A stretch of 64,000 nucleotides of DNA from positions 14,492-78,491 of the forward strand of contig DAOOQQ010000013.1 in NCBI GenBank assembly GCA_035388825.1, given 5' to 3'. Shown in pieces: positions 27,036 to 37,931 of the stretch (position 1 is the first letter of the stretch; each line of letters opens with the position of its first letter). The position numbers were made by a program, and so were the translations under genes. The notes beneath the pieces are model-generated. The model worked only from the letters and a program-made list of their open reading frames with translations. It ran no database searches and had not been told where the DNA came from. The stretch is from Candidatus Ozemobacteraceae bacterium (lineage in GTDB: Bacteria; Muiribacteriota; Ozemobacteria; Ozemobacterales; Ozemobacteraceae).

Positions 27036-27922
27036 GGGGGCGTTCCCCGATCGGATGGGCGCTGCAGGGGCAGGTGGATCGTGAAGACGGTCCGGCCGGG
27101 TTCGGATGAAACGCCGATGCTGCCGCCGTGCATGGCTTCGATGACGTGCCGGGCGATGGACAGTCCCTGGCCGGAGCCGGTTCCCGCCGGTTTGGTCGTG
27201 AAGAACGGTTCGAAGATCCGCTGCTGGATGGCCGGGGGGATGCCGGGCCCGTCGTCGGTCACCGAGATGAGAATGCCGTCCCCGTCCGGCCGGGTGGAAA
27301 CGGTGATGCGGCCCCGGTCGCCGCCGCCGGCGGTGATCTTTTCGCGGATCGCCTGCGCGGCATTCACGATCAGATTCAGCAGCGCCTGGTTGATCTCGTC
27401 GATCGAGCAGCGCACGAGGGGCAGATCCTGGGCCAGCTCCAGATCGAGATCGGCGTCGTATTTCCATTCGTGGCGCGATATTTCAACGGTGTTCTGGATG
27501 CCCCGGTTGATGTCCGACATCACCTGGTCGTGCAGCGCCGGGTGGGAAAAATCCTTCAGCGCCAGGGCGATTTTCGAGACGCGTTCGACCCCCTCGCGGG
27601 ACTGGTCGATCGCCCGCGGGATCTCGGCTTCGAGCCAGGCCGGGTCGATCGCCCGCTCCTCGGTCTCGATCGCCTGCCAGGCCGCCGGGGTGACGGCCGC
27701 GCCGGTGCGGCAGGCTTCGAGCACCTCGCGATACCGGGTCAGCAGGCGCGACAGGTCGGCGAAGGCGTTCCCGAGAAATGCAATATTGTTATTGATATAC
27801 TGCATGGGAGAGTTGATCTCGTGTGCGATGCCGGCCGCGAGCTTTCCCACCGTCGCGAATTTGCGCGTAAGCTCATCCGGAACGGGGGCACCGTCGGTCG
27901 GTCGTTGCATCGTCATCTTCAT
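27032..27922 (-). CDS. cytoplasmic sensor histidine kinase (HisKA + HATPase_c, no TM or obvious sensor domain)
   Basis: H-box LAAGIAHEINSPM, N-box NLIVNAAQA, G-boxes DDGPGI and GTGSGQGLSIA. Confidence 0.85.
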   Translation of the reverse strand: MKMTMQRPTDGAPVPDELTRKFATVGKLAAGIAHEINSPMQYINNNIAFLGNAFADLSRLLTRYREVLEACRTGAAVTPAAWQAIETEERAIDPAWLEAEIPRAIDQSREGVERVSKIALALKDFSHPALHDQVMSDINRGIQNTVEISRHEWKYDADLDLELAQDLPLVRCSIDEINQALLNLIVNAAQAIREKITAGGGDRGRITVSTRPDGDGILISVTDDGPGIPPAIQQRIFEPFFTTKPAGTGSGQGLSIARHVIEAMHGGSIGVSSEPGRTVFTIHLPLQRPSDRGTPP

Positions 27923-28034
27923 CCAGCCTCCCGGGCATTATACCAGAACCCTTTGCCGAGGAATCCGCCCTGTCCCCCCGGGCGCCCAACGGATGAAATA
28001 CCGCTTCTGAGGCTGATCTGACGCGGCTGCTCTC

Positions 28035-28063
28035 TTGCGGATTCTCGGGCGGGATGCTAGAAT
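28035..28063 (+). promoter_or_regulatory. sigma70-like promoter candidate (TTGCGG - 17 nt - TAGAAT) for the DnaB-like operon
   Basis: The -35 is at 28035..28040 and the -10 at 28058..28063. A GGAGG RBS lies at 28087..28091, 5 nt before the GTG at 28097. Confidence 0.4.
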
Positions 28064-28096
28064 GCCCCGGATCATTCATCCCCTCCGGAGGAATAC

Positions 28097-29752
28097 GTGG
28101 CCAAAAGCCGTCGACGCGCGACCGAACAGGCTTCCCCCGCTCCCGCCCCGCGAACGACGGGACGGCCGGAGCCGGCGGCCCCGCTTCCACCGGGAGAGGA
28201 CCAGGCGACGGCGCTCGATCTCCTGCTGCGCGAGATGGCCGTCGACGAGGAGGTCATCCTCGCGAACTTCGCGTTCGAGCCGGTGATCATCGGCCGTCAG
28301 CTCCGCGACAAGCGGTTCACCGTCTCGGATTTCCAGGGCGTCGAGGCGAACCGGGCCCTACTCGGCATCTTCCTCGCGACGGTCGAGGCTCAGGAGACGC
28401 TGAACCTCGCGAACGTGATGCTGCGCCTCGAAAACGAGCATCGCGCCGGCCGGCCACTGATCGACTGGATCGGCCGCGAACGGGTGCAGAAACTCTTCAC
28501 CTCCCCGTTCGGCGCGCCCGGTGTCTCCATGGTCGAGGACATCGAGCCTGTCGTCGACCGCATCCGCGACCGCAACGTCCGCGCCCAGGCCCGCCGCCTG
28601 ATGGTGTTGTATGCCGAGAAGATCGGCCGCTCGTCCGACGACGCCTTCGAGGTGCTCGGCGGCTGCATCCAGGAGCTGCGCACGCTGTTTCTCCAGGGAA
28701 GCGCCGGATACATCCGCGACATCGATGCCCATATCACCGAGATGCGCGACCTGGTCCAGGAGAACCGCCAGCGGCGCAAGAGCTACATCGGCTACGAAAC
28801 CGAGTTCCCGATTCTCCAGGAGCGACTCAACGGCATCCAGAAACAGTTCTACCTGGTCACCGGCGGGGTGGGCATGGGCAAATCCACCTTCGTGACGCAG
28901 CTCGCCTGGGATCTCGTCACCTGCAATCCCGAGCTGACGGTGTTGTATTTCAGCCTCGATCTCAATCGCCTCGACATCACCGCGAAGCTGGTCTCTCATG
29001 CCGCCGACGTGCCGATCGATTACGTGAAAAACCCGTATCTCGCCAACGTCGTCCATGAGCAGCGGCGTCAGGACGGCCTGGCGAAGGTGGCCGCGATGCG
29101 CGAGCGGCTCCTGATCATCGACGAGGGCAACGGGCGCATCTTCCTCGACGATGTCCGAAAACTGGTCAAGCGCACCAAGCTCGAACGCGGCGGAGAGCTG
29201 GCCGTCATCATCGACCCGATCTTCAAGGTCCACGTCAAAAACGAGCGGATGAGCTTCCATGAGAAGTGCAACCTGCTCTCGGCCGAACTCAAGACCATCT
29301 CGGCCGTCGAAGGCGTCACGCTCATCGCCACCGCCGGCCTGCCGAAGGCGATCAGCAACCGCCGGCCGGTCCGCGAAGACCTCGAGGAGATCATGGGCCT
29401 GCTGTACGATCCCTACGTCGTCTTTTTCCTGTACTGTGATTATCTCAACGATTTCGAAACCCCCTTCCTCGAGTGGCAGTGGGGGAAGGATAATTTCATG
29501 ATCCCGATCAGCGAGCTGATGATCGCCAAAAACAAGATGGGCGGCATCAACACCCGCATCTTTTTCCGGTACTACGAGTCGTATTCGCGGTTCCGCGAGT
29601 GCGCACCGCAGGAGGTCGAGAACTACAACGCCATGATCGAGAACCTCGAAAAGTTCAAGGAAGTCAAACGCAAGAACCGCGGGCCGTCCCCGGCTTCCGG
29701 TTCCTCTTCTGGTGGCGGTGGCCATGCCGGCGGCCGCGAGGACGAGTTCTGA
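28097..29752 (+). CDS. divergent DnaB-family (RecA-fold) helicase-like ATPase
   Basis: Walker A GGVGMGKST at 28862..28885. It is followed by a DnaB-like block order (YFSLDLNRLDITAKLVS..., LLIIDEG, AVIIDPIFKV, ISAVEGVTLIATAGLPK, DLEEIMGLLYDPYVVFFLY). The canonical DYLQL and SQLSR motifs are degenerate. The N-terminal tail is Arg/Pro-rich. Confidence 0.7.
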   Translation: MAKSRRRATEQASPAPAPRTTGRPEPAAPLPPGEDQATALDLLLREMAVDEEVILANFAFEPVIIGRQLRDKRFTVSDFQGVEANRALLGIFLATVEAQETLNLANVMLRLENEHRAGRPLIDWIGRERVQKLFTSPFGAPGVSMVEDIEPVVDRIRDRNVRAQARRLMVLYAEKIGRSSDDAFEVLGGCIQELRTLFLQGSAGYIRDIDAHITEMRDLVQENRQRRKSYIGYETEFPILQERLNGIQKQFYLVTGGVGMGKSTFVTQLAWDLVTCNPELTVLYFSLDLNRLDITAKLVSHAADVPIDYVKNPYLANVVHEQRRQDGLAKVAAMRERLLIIDEGNGRIFLDDVRKLVKRTKLERGGELAVIIDPIFKVHVKNERMSFHEKCNLLSAELKTISAVEGVTLIATAGLPKAISNRRPVREDLEEIMGLLYDPYVVFFLYCDYLNDFETPFLEWQWGKDNFMIPISELMIAKNKMGGINTRIFFRYYESYSRFRECAPQEVENYNAMIENLEKFKEVKRKNRGPSPASGSSSGGGGHAGGREDEF

Positions 29753-29755
29753 CGT

Positions 29756-31642
29756 ATGGAAACCGCCGCCGAGCTTTTCCAGAAGGGGGTCGAGTATCAG
29801 GAGCGGGGCCTGATCGACCATGCCATCTCCGAATACAGCCGCGCTCTCGATCTCGAGCCCGACAGCATCGACGTGCTGATCAACCTGGGCGCCGCGTATC
29901 TTCAGAAGGGGCTGCCGGAGCGTTCGATCCAGCTCCTGTCGCGCGTTCTGACGGATCATCCCGAGAATGCCCTTGCCCTGTTCAATCTCGGCAAGGCCTA
30001 CCTCTACAAGGAAGATGCCGAACACGCTCTTGCCGTCTTCGAGCGGGCGCGCGTTGTGCTTCCCGACGATCTCGCCGTCCGCCGCTCGCTCGTCCAGTCG
30101 CTGCTGCTGCTGAACCGGCGTGAGGAAGCGGCGACCCTGCAGCTCGGTATGCTCGACCATCTCACCGGGGATGCTCCGGCCCTGCTCGAGCTCGGCCGCA
30201 TGTTGTACGAGCAGAAACGGTATCCCGAGGCGCTGGATGTGTACCGGCGGGCCGTCACCGCGGCCGTCGACTCCTCGGCGGCGCTCGAAGGGCTGGTGCG
30301 GTGCCAGATCGTGCTCGACATGAAGGACAAGGCGATCACCTCGCTCAAGCGGGCGATGATGATCGACCCCCGCAACCCCTCCCTGCATCTGCTGATGGTC
30401 GATCTGCTGATCGCCCAAAACGAGGTGGACGCGGCCGTCGACCAGCTCAAGCGCGGCCTGGAGTTCGATCCGCGGCAGCCGGAACTGCGCGCAAAGCTCG
30501 ACGAGCTGATGCGCAAGCTTCCCGCCCTGCGCAAGCGGCTCGAGGCGCAGGAGGTCGAGGCGACGAGCAGCCTGTTCGAGGCGGACGTCTACGATATTCT
30601 CGACAATCTCTACGACGGCAAGATGGGCGTGGCCGACGCCCTGACCGCCTTCGGCCGCCTGCGATCGAAGGACCCCGCCGATCTGTTCGTCGCGGGCGAG
30701 ATGGCCAACCTGCTGTTCCAGGCCCGCCGATTCGACGATGCGGCGAATATATATGATGAAATATTCAAGTCGATGCCGCGCGACGTCCGCGCGCGCATCA
30801 ACCTCGCGAAATCTGTCGCCATGGCGGGCCGGGTTGCGGATGCACGAGCGTTTCTCGAGGAGTCGCTGCGCGATCAGCCCATGGCGGTCGATCTGGCGCT
30901 CTCCCTCGTCGAACTCCATCTGCTCAGCCGCGAGTTCCGCGAGGCGTGGCAGATACTCGAAAAGCCTCTCGCCGAGCATCCCGACAACACGCATGCCCTG
31001 TTCCTGCACGGGTATCTCGGCGTGCGACTCAACGCCTACGACGAGGCGGAGAAGTCGTTCCGGCGGCTGCTCTCCCTCGCACCGCGCGACGAGGAAACGG
31101 CCGTCTGGTTTTCCCGTCTCTGCATCCTGCGCGGCCGGCCGATGGATGCCGCGCCCGTGTGGGAGACCTTCCAGGACGGCATCGAAAGTCTGGCCGAGCT
31201 GGTCACCCTGGTGGAGCTGGCCATGTCGGCCGGCAAGGCGACCGAAGTCAAGACGCTGCTCCAGCGGATCGGCGAGATCCGGCCCAATTTCCTCGAAGAG
31301 CACATTCTCAACGGCAAGGTCTGCCTGTATTCCGGAGACTTTGCCGAGGCGGTGAAGGAGTTCGACCTCGTTCTCGCCGAGGATCCCGAGAATGCCGAAG
31401 CGCTTGCCGCCTCGGCGATGGCGAACCTGGCCCGCAACAAGGTGCCGAAGTTCTGGATGTGCTGGCAGCGGGCCCTCGACAGCGATGCCCTGTATGCCGT
31501 CCTCTCGGCACTGACGGTCTGCCGCGCCCTCAACTTCACCCAGCTCGAGCGCCTGCGTGCCGAAACGAAACGCATGCTCGAGATCGCGCTGCCCGACCAG
31601 GCCGACCGCCAGCGAGTCCTGGCCCTGCTGGCCGTCCTGTGA
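29756..31642 (+). CDS. tetratricopeptide (TPR) repeat protein, 628 aa
   Basis: TPR consensus repeats run throughout (e.g. AISEYSRALDLEPDSIDVLINLGAAYLQKG). The start is 3 nt after the DnaB-like stop. Confidence 0.85.
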   Translation: METAAELFQKGVEYQERGLIDHAISEYSRALDLEPDSIDVLINLGAAYLQKGLPERSIQLLSRVLTDHPENALALFNLGKAYLYKEDAEHALAVFERARVVLPDDLAVRRSLVQSLLLLNRREEAATLQLGMLDHLTGDAPALLELGRMLYEQKRYPEALDVYRRAVTAAVDSSAALEGLVRCQIVLDMKDKAITSLKRAMMIDPRNPSLHLLMVDLLIAQNEVDAAVDQLKRGLEFDPRQPELRAKLDELMRKLPALRKRLEAQEVEATSSLFEADVYDILDNLYDGKMGVADALTAFGRLRSKDPADLFVAGEMANLLFQARRFDDAANIYDEIFKSMPRDVRARINLAKSVAMAGRVADARAFLEESLRDQPMAVDLALSLVELHLLSREFREAWQILEKPLAEHPDNTHALFLHGYLGVRLNAYDEAEKSFRRLLSLAPRDEETAVWFSRLCILRGRPMDAAPVWETFQDGIESLAELVTLVELAMSAGKATEVKTLLQRIGEIRPNFLEEHILNGKVCLYSGDFAEAVKEFDLVLAEDPENAEALAASAMANLARNKVPKFWMCWQRALDSDALYAVLSALTVCRALNFTQLERLRAETKRMLEIALPDQADRQRVLALLAVL

Positions 31643-31680
31643 CCGGCCCTGCTGCCCATACGTAAGGAGAGCGTCCACCC

Positions 31681-33120
31681 ATGCCCGACCGTCACCCTGA
31701 TGCCCCGACCACCCCTCTCAATCGCGATCTCCGGCGGCTGCGCAGCCGCGTGCGCCGGTTGGGACGCGTTCCCGAGGCGAAACTGGACGATGCGATCTGC
31801 GATGTCATCGACCTGAAGGGACTCTCGGTCGCGGTGCTCCTCGCCGGGATGCCCGGCCTCGAGCCCGAGCGGCAGAAGCGGGTTGCGGTGAAGATCGAGG
31901 ATTTCCTCTTCTTCCATCCCGGACGGGGCCGGAAACTCCTGCCGAGACTTCTCCAGACGATCGGCCGGTGCGATCCCGCGTGCCATCGGCATCTCGTCTC
32001 GGCCTTCGCCGACGTGGCGAACCGTGCCGGAACGCGCCGCCGGACCGACGTGCCGGTTCCCGCCGCCGAGGCCGCCGCGATGCTTGCCGGAGAAGTCGAT
32101 CTGGTGCGCCAGGGCAAGGCCGTCGAGATCCTCGCGATGGGGCATGATCCCGTCCATATTCCCGCCATCCTCGACGTGATGAAGCGGGCGTTGAAAAATA
32201 TCGATCAGTATGCCGGGTTCCATTTCATCGAAACGGCGCTGTTCGCCCTGCGCCAGATCGGCGGCGACAGCGTTCTCCGGCTGATGGTGAACCCTTCCGC
32301 GCCCGCCATCCATACCCAATTCCGTCTCGAGTGGCAGAACCGCTCTCCCGAATTGGCAAAAGCCGCTCTGAATGCGATTCTGGCCCTGGGCGAGGATTTC
32401 GCCGGCCTGATTCTCAAGGTCGTCGATCTCGCCGAGTTCAACCTGCCGTTCCTCGCGATGATCCAGGAAGGCATGAATCACCCCGACAAATGGGTGCGCC
32501 AGATGGCGGTCGAGTCGATGTCGAAGATCGCCGACGCCGCTTCCCCGGAACAACTTGGCCGCATGCTGAATGACCCGGCCCCCGAGGTGCGCCTGATGGC
32601 CGTCTCGTCGCTGGGCGGCTGCCCCGCCGACCGGACCGGGACGATCCTCGCCGAAATCGCCGGCCGCGAGCAGGAAACCTACGAGATCCGCATGAACGCC
32701 CTGTATGCGCTGTTCTCCCAGAAAAACCGCGCCGAGCTCGAGAAGCTCGCCGCCAGCACGACGCGGTTCGTCGCCCTCCATGCGACGGGCCTGGCCTCGA
32801 TGCTGCAGAAGCGGGAAGACGGGCTCGAGCGGCTTCTCGAAACCCTCGGCAGCCGGTCGCCGGAGGAGTTGAAGGATATGGCTCACTATATCCTCGAGCT
32901 CGCCCGGCCCGAGGACGTCGCAAAGCTCCTCGAGGCCCGCAAACGCCTGCGGGACGAGCCGCGCGCCGATGCCTTCTTCGCGATTCTCCGGCTGTTCCTC
33001 GAGCAGCGCCGAGGTCCCGCGCTCGACAAGGCGCTTGCCGGTCTGCCGGAGTCCGAGCGGCGGGCCCTGAATGTGCTCGAAACCGGCGTCTTCGGCAGTG
33101 CCGCGGCCAGGACCCACTGA
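31681..33120 (+). CDS. HEAT/armadillo-like repeat protein, 479 aa
   Basis: HEAT-type repeats (HPDKWVRQMAVESMSKI, DPAPEVRLMAVSSLG, EIRMNALYAL). AAGGAGA RBS upstream. Confidence 0.7.
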   Translation: MPDRHPDAPTTPLNRDLRRLRSRVRRLGRVPEAKLDDAICDVIDLKGLSVAVLLAGMPGLEPERQKRVAVKIEDFLFFHPGRGRKLLPRLLQTIGRCDPACHRHLVSAFADVANRAGTRRRTDVPVPAAEAAAMLAGEVDLVRQGKAVEILAMGHDPVHIPAILDVMKRALKNIDQYAGFHFIETALFALRQIGGDSVLRLMVNPSAPAIHTQFRLEWQNRSPELAKAALNAILALGEDFAGLILKVVDLAEFNLPFLAMIQEGMNHPDKWVRQMAVESMSKIADAASPEQLGRMLNDPAPEVRLMAVSSLGGCPADRTGTILAEIAGREQETYEIRMNALYALFSQKNRAELEKLAASTTRFVALHATGLASMLQKREDGLERLLETLGSRSPEELKDMAHYILELARPEDVAKLLEARKRLRDEPRADAFFAILRLFLEQRRGPALDKALAGLPESERRALNVLETGVFGSAAARTH

Positions 33121-33171
33121 GCGCGAATCTTCCGGCCCGTTCCCGTCCGTGGATTCACGGGAGGCTTGCGC

Positions 33172-33567
33172 ATGAGGTTGCTGGACCGTTTTTCCCTGGT
33201 GATTTCCCTGTCGGGGCTCCTGGCCGGCCTGGGGTGTGGGTTCAGTGCCGGCGGCGATGCCGAGGGGCCTGCCCTGCTCGTCCAGAGCGGAACGATTACC
33301 GGCCGCGTGCTGGACAACGGCCTCGTCGCCTCGGTCCGTGCCGCCGCCCCGATGGGCAATCTTATCGTCTCGACGTGGGGCTCGATGATCTCAAAAAAAG
33401 CCCGGCAGAATTTCGGCACGACCTGGACGGGTGTCGTCACCGGCGCTGCCTTCCGGTTCATCGAACATGTGCCGTCTGCCGGGTATGCTCAGCCGTTCAC
33501 GACGCTTTCGATCGAAGATCCCGGCACCGGGAGCTTCACCTTCTCCATCACGCGGATCAGGAACTAG
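33172..33567 (+). CDS. small exported protein or lipoprotein, carboxypeptidase-regulatory-like fold (hypothetical)
   Basis: Hydrophobic N-terminus ending LLAGLGCG and a GTITGRVLDNG motif. The ATG at 33172 is 7 nt after a GGGAGG RBS (the ORF track starts at TTG 33166). Confidence 0.5.
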   Translation: MRLLDRFSLVISLSGLLAGLGCGFSAGGDAEGPALLVQSGTITGRVLDNGLVASVRAAAPMGNLIVSTWGSMISKKARQNFGTTWTGVVTGAAFRFIEHVPSAGYAQPFTTLSIEDPGTGSFTFSITRIRN

Positions 33568-34289
33568 AGACCGCCGGGAGAGCTCGCTTCATCGGGAAAC
33601 AGGGTTCTCAGAACAGACGCTGCGATGGATTCGACAAGGAACTCTCGTGTCGAGGTTGACAGAATAATTTCTACATCGCGCGGGTTGTCCAGGTATCCCA
33701 GCTCGATCGTGACGACGGGAACGCGACTGAATATCGAACCCGTCAGGGCCCCCTGCCGGGCGCCGATGGCCGTCTGTCGGTCGGTGCGAAGGTTTACCGG
33801 ATATCGTTCCCCGAGACGTTGCCCGAGAGCCTGCTTCAGCCTGTTCGCCAGAATGGCACTCGCCGAGCAGACATTGTCCGGGGGCCCATGGTGTTCCCGG
33901 AGTTTTCCGGGAGCGGCCGGATAATACAGGGTCATTCCATGCCCTTTCCCGCTGTCGCAATGAATACGCAGCAGCAGGGAAGCGGAGGCGGCGTTGGCGA
34001 GTTCCGCCCGGCGCCGGTTCGTGACCGTTTCCGAGGCAGACCGTTTTGTGAGCAGGCATTCGACACGGGTATCCGAGGCGATGAGCTCGATCAGGCGGGA
34101 TGACACCGCCCAGTTGATATCGACCTCCCTGACACCCTCACGTGTTTGAGCGCCAATCCCGTTTTCCGATGGATGCCCCGGATCAATGACGAGAACATCC
34201 CGACCAGAGCAAGGAAAAGCTAAAATTAGATAGAATATTGATAATATCAATGTTTTTGGAATGATAATAACGCTAGTGTGATTGTTCAT
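33564..34289 (-). CDS. N-acetylmuramoyl-L-alanine amidase (Amidase_3 family), exported
   Basis: VLVIDPGHPSENGIG..., LLLRIHCDS, and a C-terminal VTIELGYLDNPRD. The N-terminal signal or anchor is encoded by strongly AT-rich codons. Confidence 0.8.
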   Translation of the reverse strand: MNNHTSVIIIPKTLILSIFYLILAFPCSGRDVLVIDPGHPSENGIGAQTREGVREVDINWAVSSRLIELIASDTRVECLLTKRSASETVTNRRRAELANAASASLLLRIHCDSGKGHGMTLYYPAAPGKLREHHGPPDNVCSASAILANRLKQALGQRLGERYPVNLRTDRQTAIGARQGALTGSIFSRVPVVTIELGYLDNPRDVEIILSTSTREFLVESIAASVLRTLFPDEASSPGGL

Positions 34290-34696
34290 GATGGTGAGAA
34301 ACTTCCCTGGCCCCCTTTAGGAAATCTTAGCAGGTGCGGGGCGTTGGTGTGAGCGCTTTTCCAGGAGATATTGAGTCGGCGCCAGCGCTGTTCACAAGGA
34401 TCTTTCGGCGCTGCCCGATTGAGGATTTTCGTTCGCCTGCCCGGGCTGCCGCAGGGATGAACTTCGCATGTTGCCGTCGATAGACTGTTTACCGGCTGCC
34501 CCGCGGGCGTCAGATAAAGGCGGTGTCGAAGGTGAAGCGGTCCGCATGGCATTGGCGGTGTTTTTTCACGCGCATCGGCAGTCTCTCGCTCGCGCTTTCC
34601 GGATGTTACGGTGGGTCGGCGAGCATCCATGCGAATCGCAAGGTCAGAAGAGAAAGAGAGCAAAAAGAAAAACAATCATTATATTGATAAATAGAT

Positions 34697-35803
34697 TTAT
34701 TTGCAGATAATATTATCAATAATTGCTCTTGAGGCGGTTCCGTCGCCATAGGGGTTGGGGTTTTTAATCATGTTTTGATAATGAAGGGCGTCGGTCAGGA
34801 GCTTTCTGGCTTCTTCGAAGATTGTTTCGGTGACGGTTCCGACGAGTTTCAGGCAGCCGCTCTCGATGCCTTCGGGCCGCTCGGTGTGGTCACGAAGCAC
34901 CAGGACGGGCTTTTTCAGCGACGGGGCTTCCTCCTGAACGCCGCCGGAATCCGAGAGGATGATCGTGGCGGCCTGCATGGCGTGGATGAAATCGAGATAG
35001 CCCAGGGGCGCAACCAGGTGAATGCGCGGGTGATTCCCGAGCTGACGGGCCACCTCTGCCCGCACGTTCGGGTTCGGATGCACCGGAAACAGGATGCGGA
35101 CGTCGGGGAACGCTTCCACCAGTTGCAGAAACGCCTGGAAAACTCGTCGGTGCGGCTCGCCGAAGCTTTCCCGGCGGTGGGTTGTCACGAGAACCAGCCG
35201 GCCGGGTGCCGAAAGCATCGGGGCGAGGTCGGCCGGGGCTTCATACGGCATTTCGAGCGCCCACAGAAGGGCGTCGATGACGGTGTTTCCGGTGACGATG
35301 ATCTTTTCCGCCGGGATGCCTTCCGCCAGGAGATTGTTTTTCGCCCGCGGGGTCGGGGGAAAGTGAAGATCGGCGAGGGCGCCCGCCAGCCGGCGGTTCA
35401 TCTCCTCGGGGTAGGGGCTCAGTTTGTCATGGGTGCGCAGGCCCGCCTCGACATGGGCGACGCGGGTTTTCGTGTAATACCCGGCGAGAGCGCCCAGAAA
35501 CGCGGTTGTCGTGTCGCCCTGGACGAGGATCGCGTCGAACCGCCGCTCGCGCAGCACGGCCTCGAGGCCTTCGAGAATCTTCGCCGAGACCGAGAACAGT
35601 GTCTGGTTCGGCTGCATCACGGCCAGGTCGATGTCGGGCCGGATGCCGAACAGGTCGAACATCTCGGCAGCCATTTCCCGGTGCTGGCCGGTATGGAGAA
35701 CGGTGGCCGTCACGCCGCTTCGGGAGCGGGCTTCCCGGATGACCGGGGCGAGTTTCACGACTTCGGGGCGGGTTCCGAGAATGAACAGCAGGTTCGTCGT
35801 CAT
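34697..35803 (-). CDS. wecB: UDP-N-acetylglucosamine 2-epimerase (non-hydrolysing)
   Basis: Motifs LGTRPEVVKLAPV, HVEAGLRT and LSDSGGVQEEAPSLKKPVLVLR. Confidence 0.9.
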   Translation of the reverse strand: MTTNLLFILGTRPEVVKLAPVIREARSRSGVTATVLHTGQHREMAAEMFDLFGIRPDIDLAVMQPNQTLFSVSAKILEGLEAVLRERRFDAILVQGDTTTAFLGALAGYYTKTRVAHVEAGLRTHDKLSPYPEEMNRRLAGALADLHFPPTPRAKNNLLAEGIPAEKIIVTGNTVIDALLWALEMPYEAPADLAPMLSAPGRLVLVTTHRRESFGEPHRRVFQAFLQLVEAFPDVRILFPVHPNPNVRAEVARQLGNHPRIHLVAPLGYLDFIHAMQAATIILSDSGGVQEEAPSLKKPVLVLRDHTERPEGIESGCLKLVGTVTETIFEEARKLLTDALHYQNMIKNPNPYGDGTASRAIIDNIICK

Positions 35804-35863
35804 GGGTACGTCATCCTCTGACGCGCAGCCTCACGGCGGTGCGCGTGGTCGTTCCGCGCCGGG

Positions 35864-37825
<1,962 letters not shown>

Positions 37826-37931
37826 GCGTGGATCCTGTGCTGCGTGCAAATCGGCCGCAACCGCGGCCGTTATTCATCCATGGTATCACAGAGAGATACG
37901 GGGGGCAATCTTTCCCCGGTGCGGGATGCCC

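Noticed and set aside
27937-27942. A perfect TATAAT on the minus strand upstream of the histidine kinase gene.
   Set aside because: It lies only 14 nt from the ATG at 27922 and immediately abuts the GGGAGG RBS. It cannot serve that start as a -10 unless the mRNA is nearly leaderless. I therefore did not call it.
28358-31678. A 1106-aa ORF on the minus strand, and similar very long antisense or out-of-frame ORFs (for example 20329..21954, 31036..33117, 36212..37966, 46570..48291, 55536..57551, 23052..24608).
   Set aside because: Their translations are Arg/Gly/Pro/Ala/Asp-rich low-complexity sequences with no recognisable motifs. They lie antisense to genes with clear family signatures. Long spurious ORFs like these are expected in high-G+C DNA.
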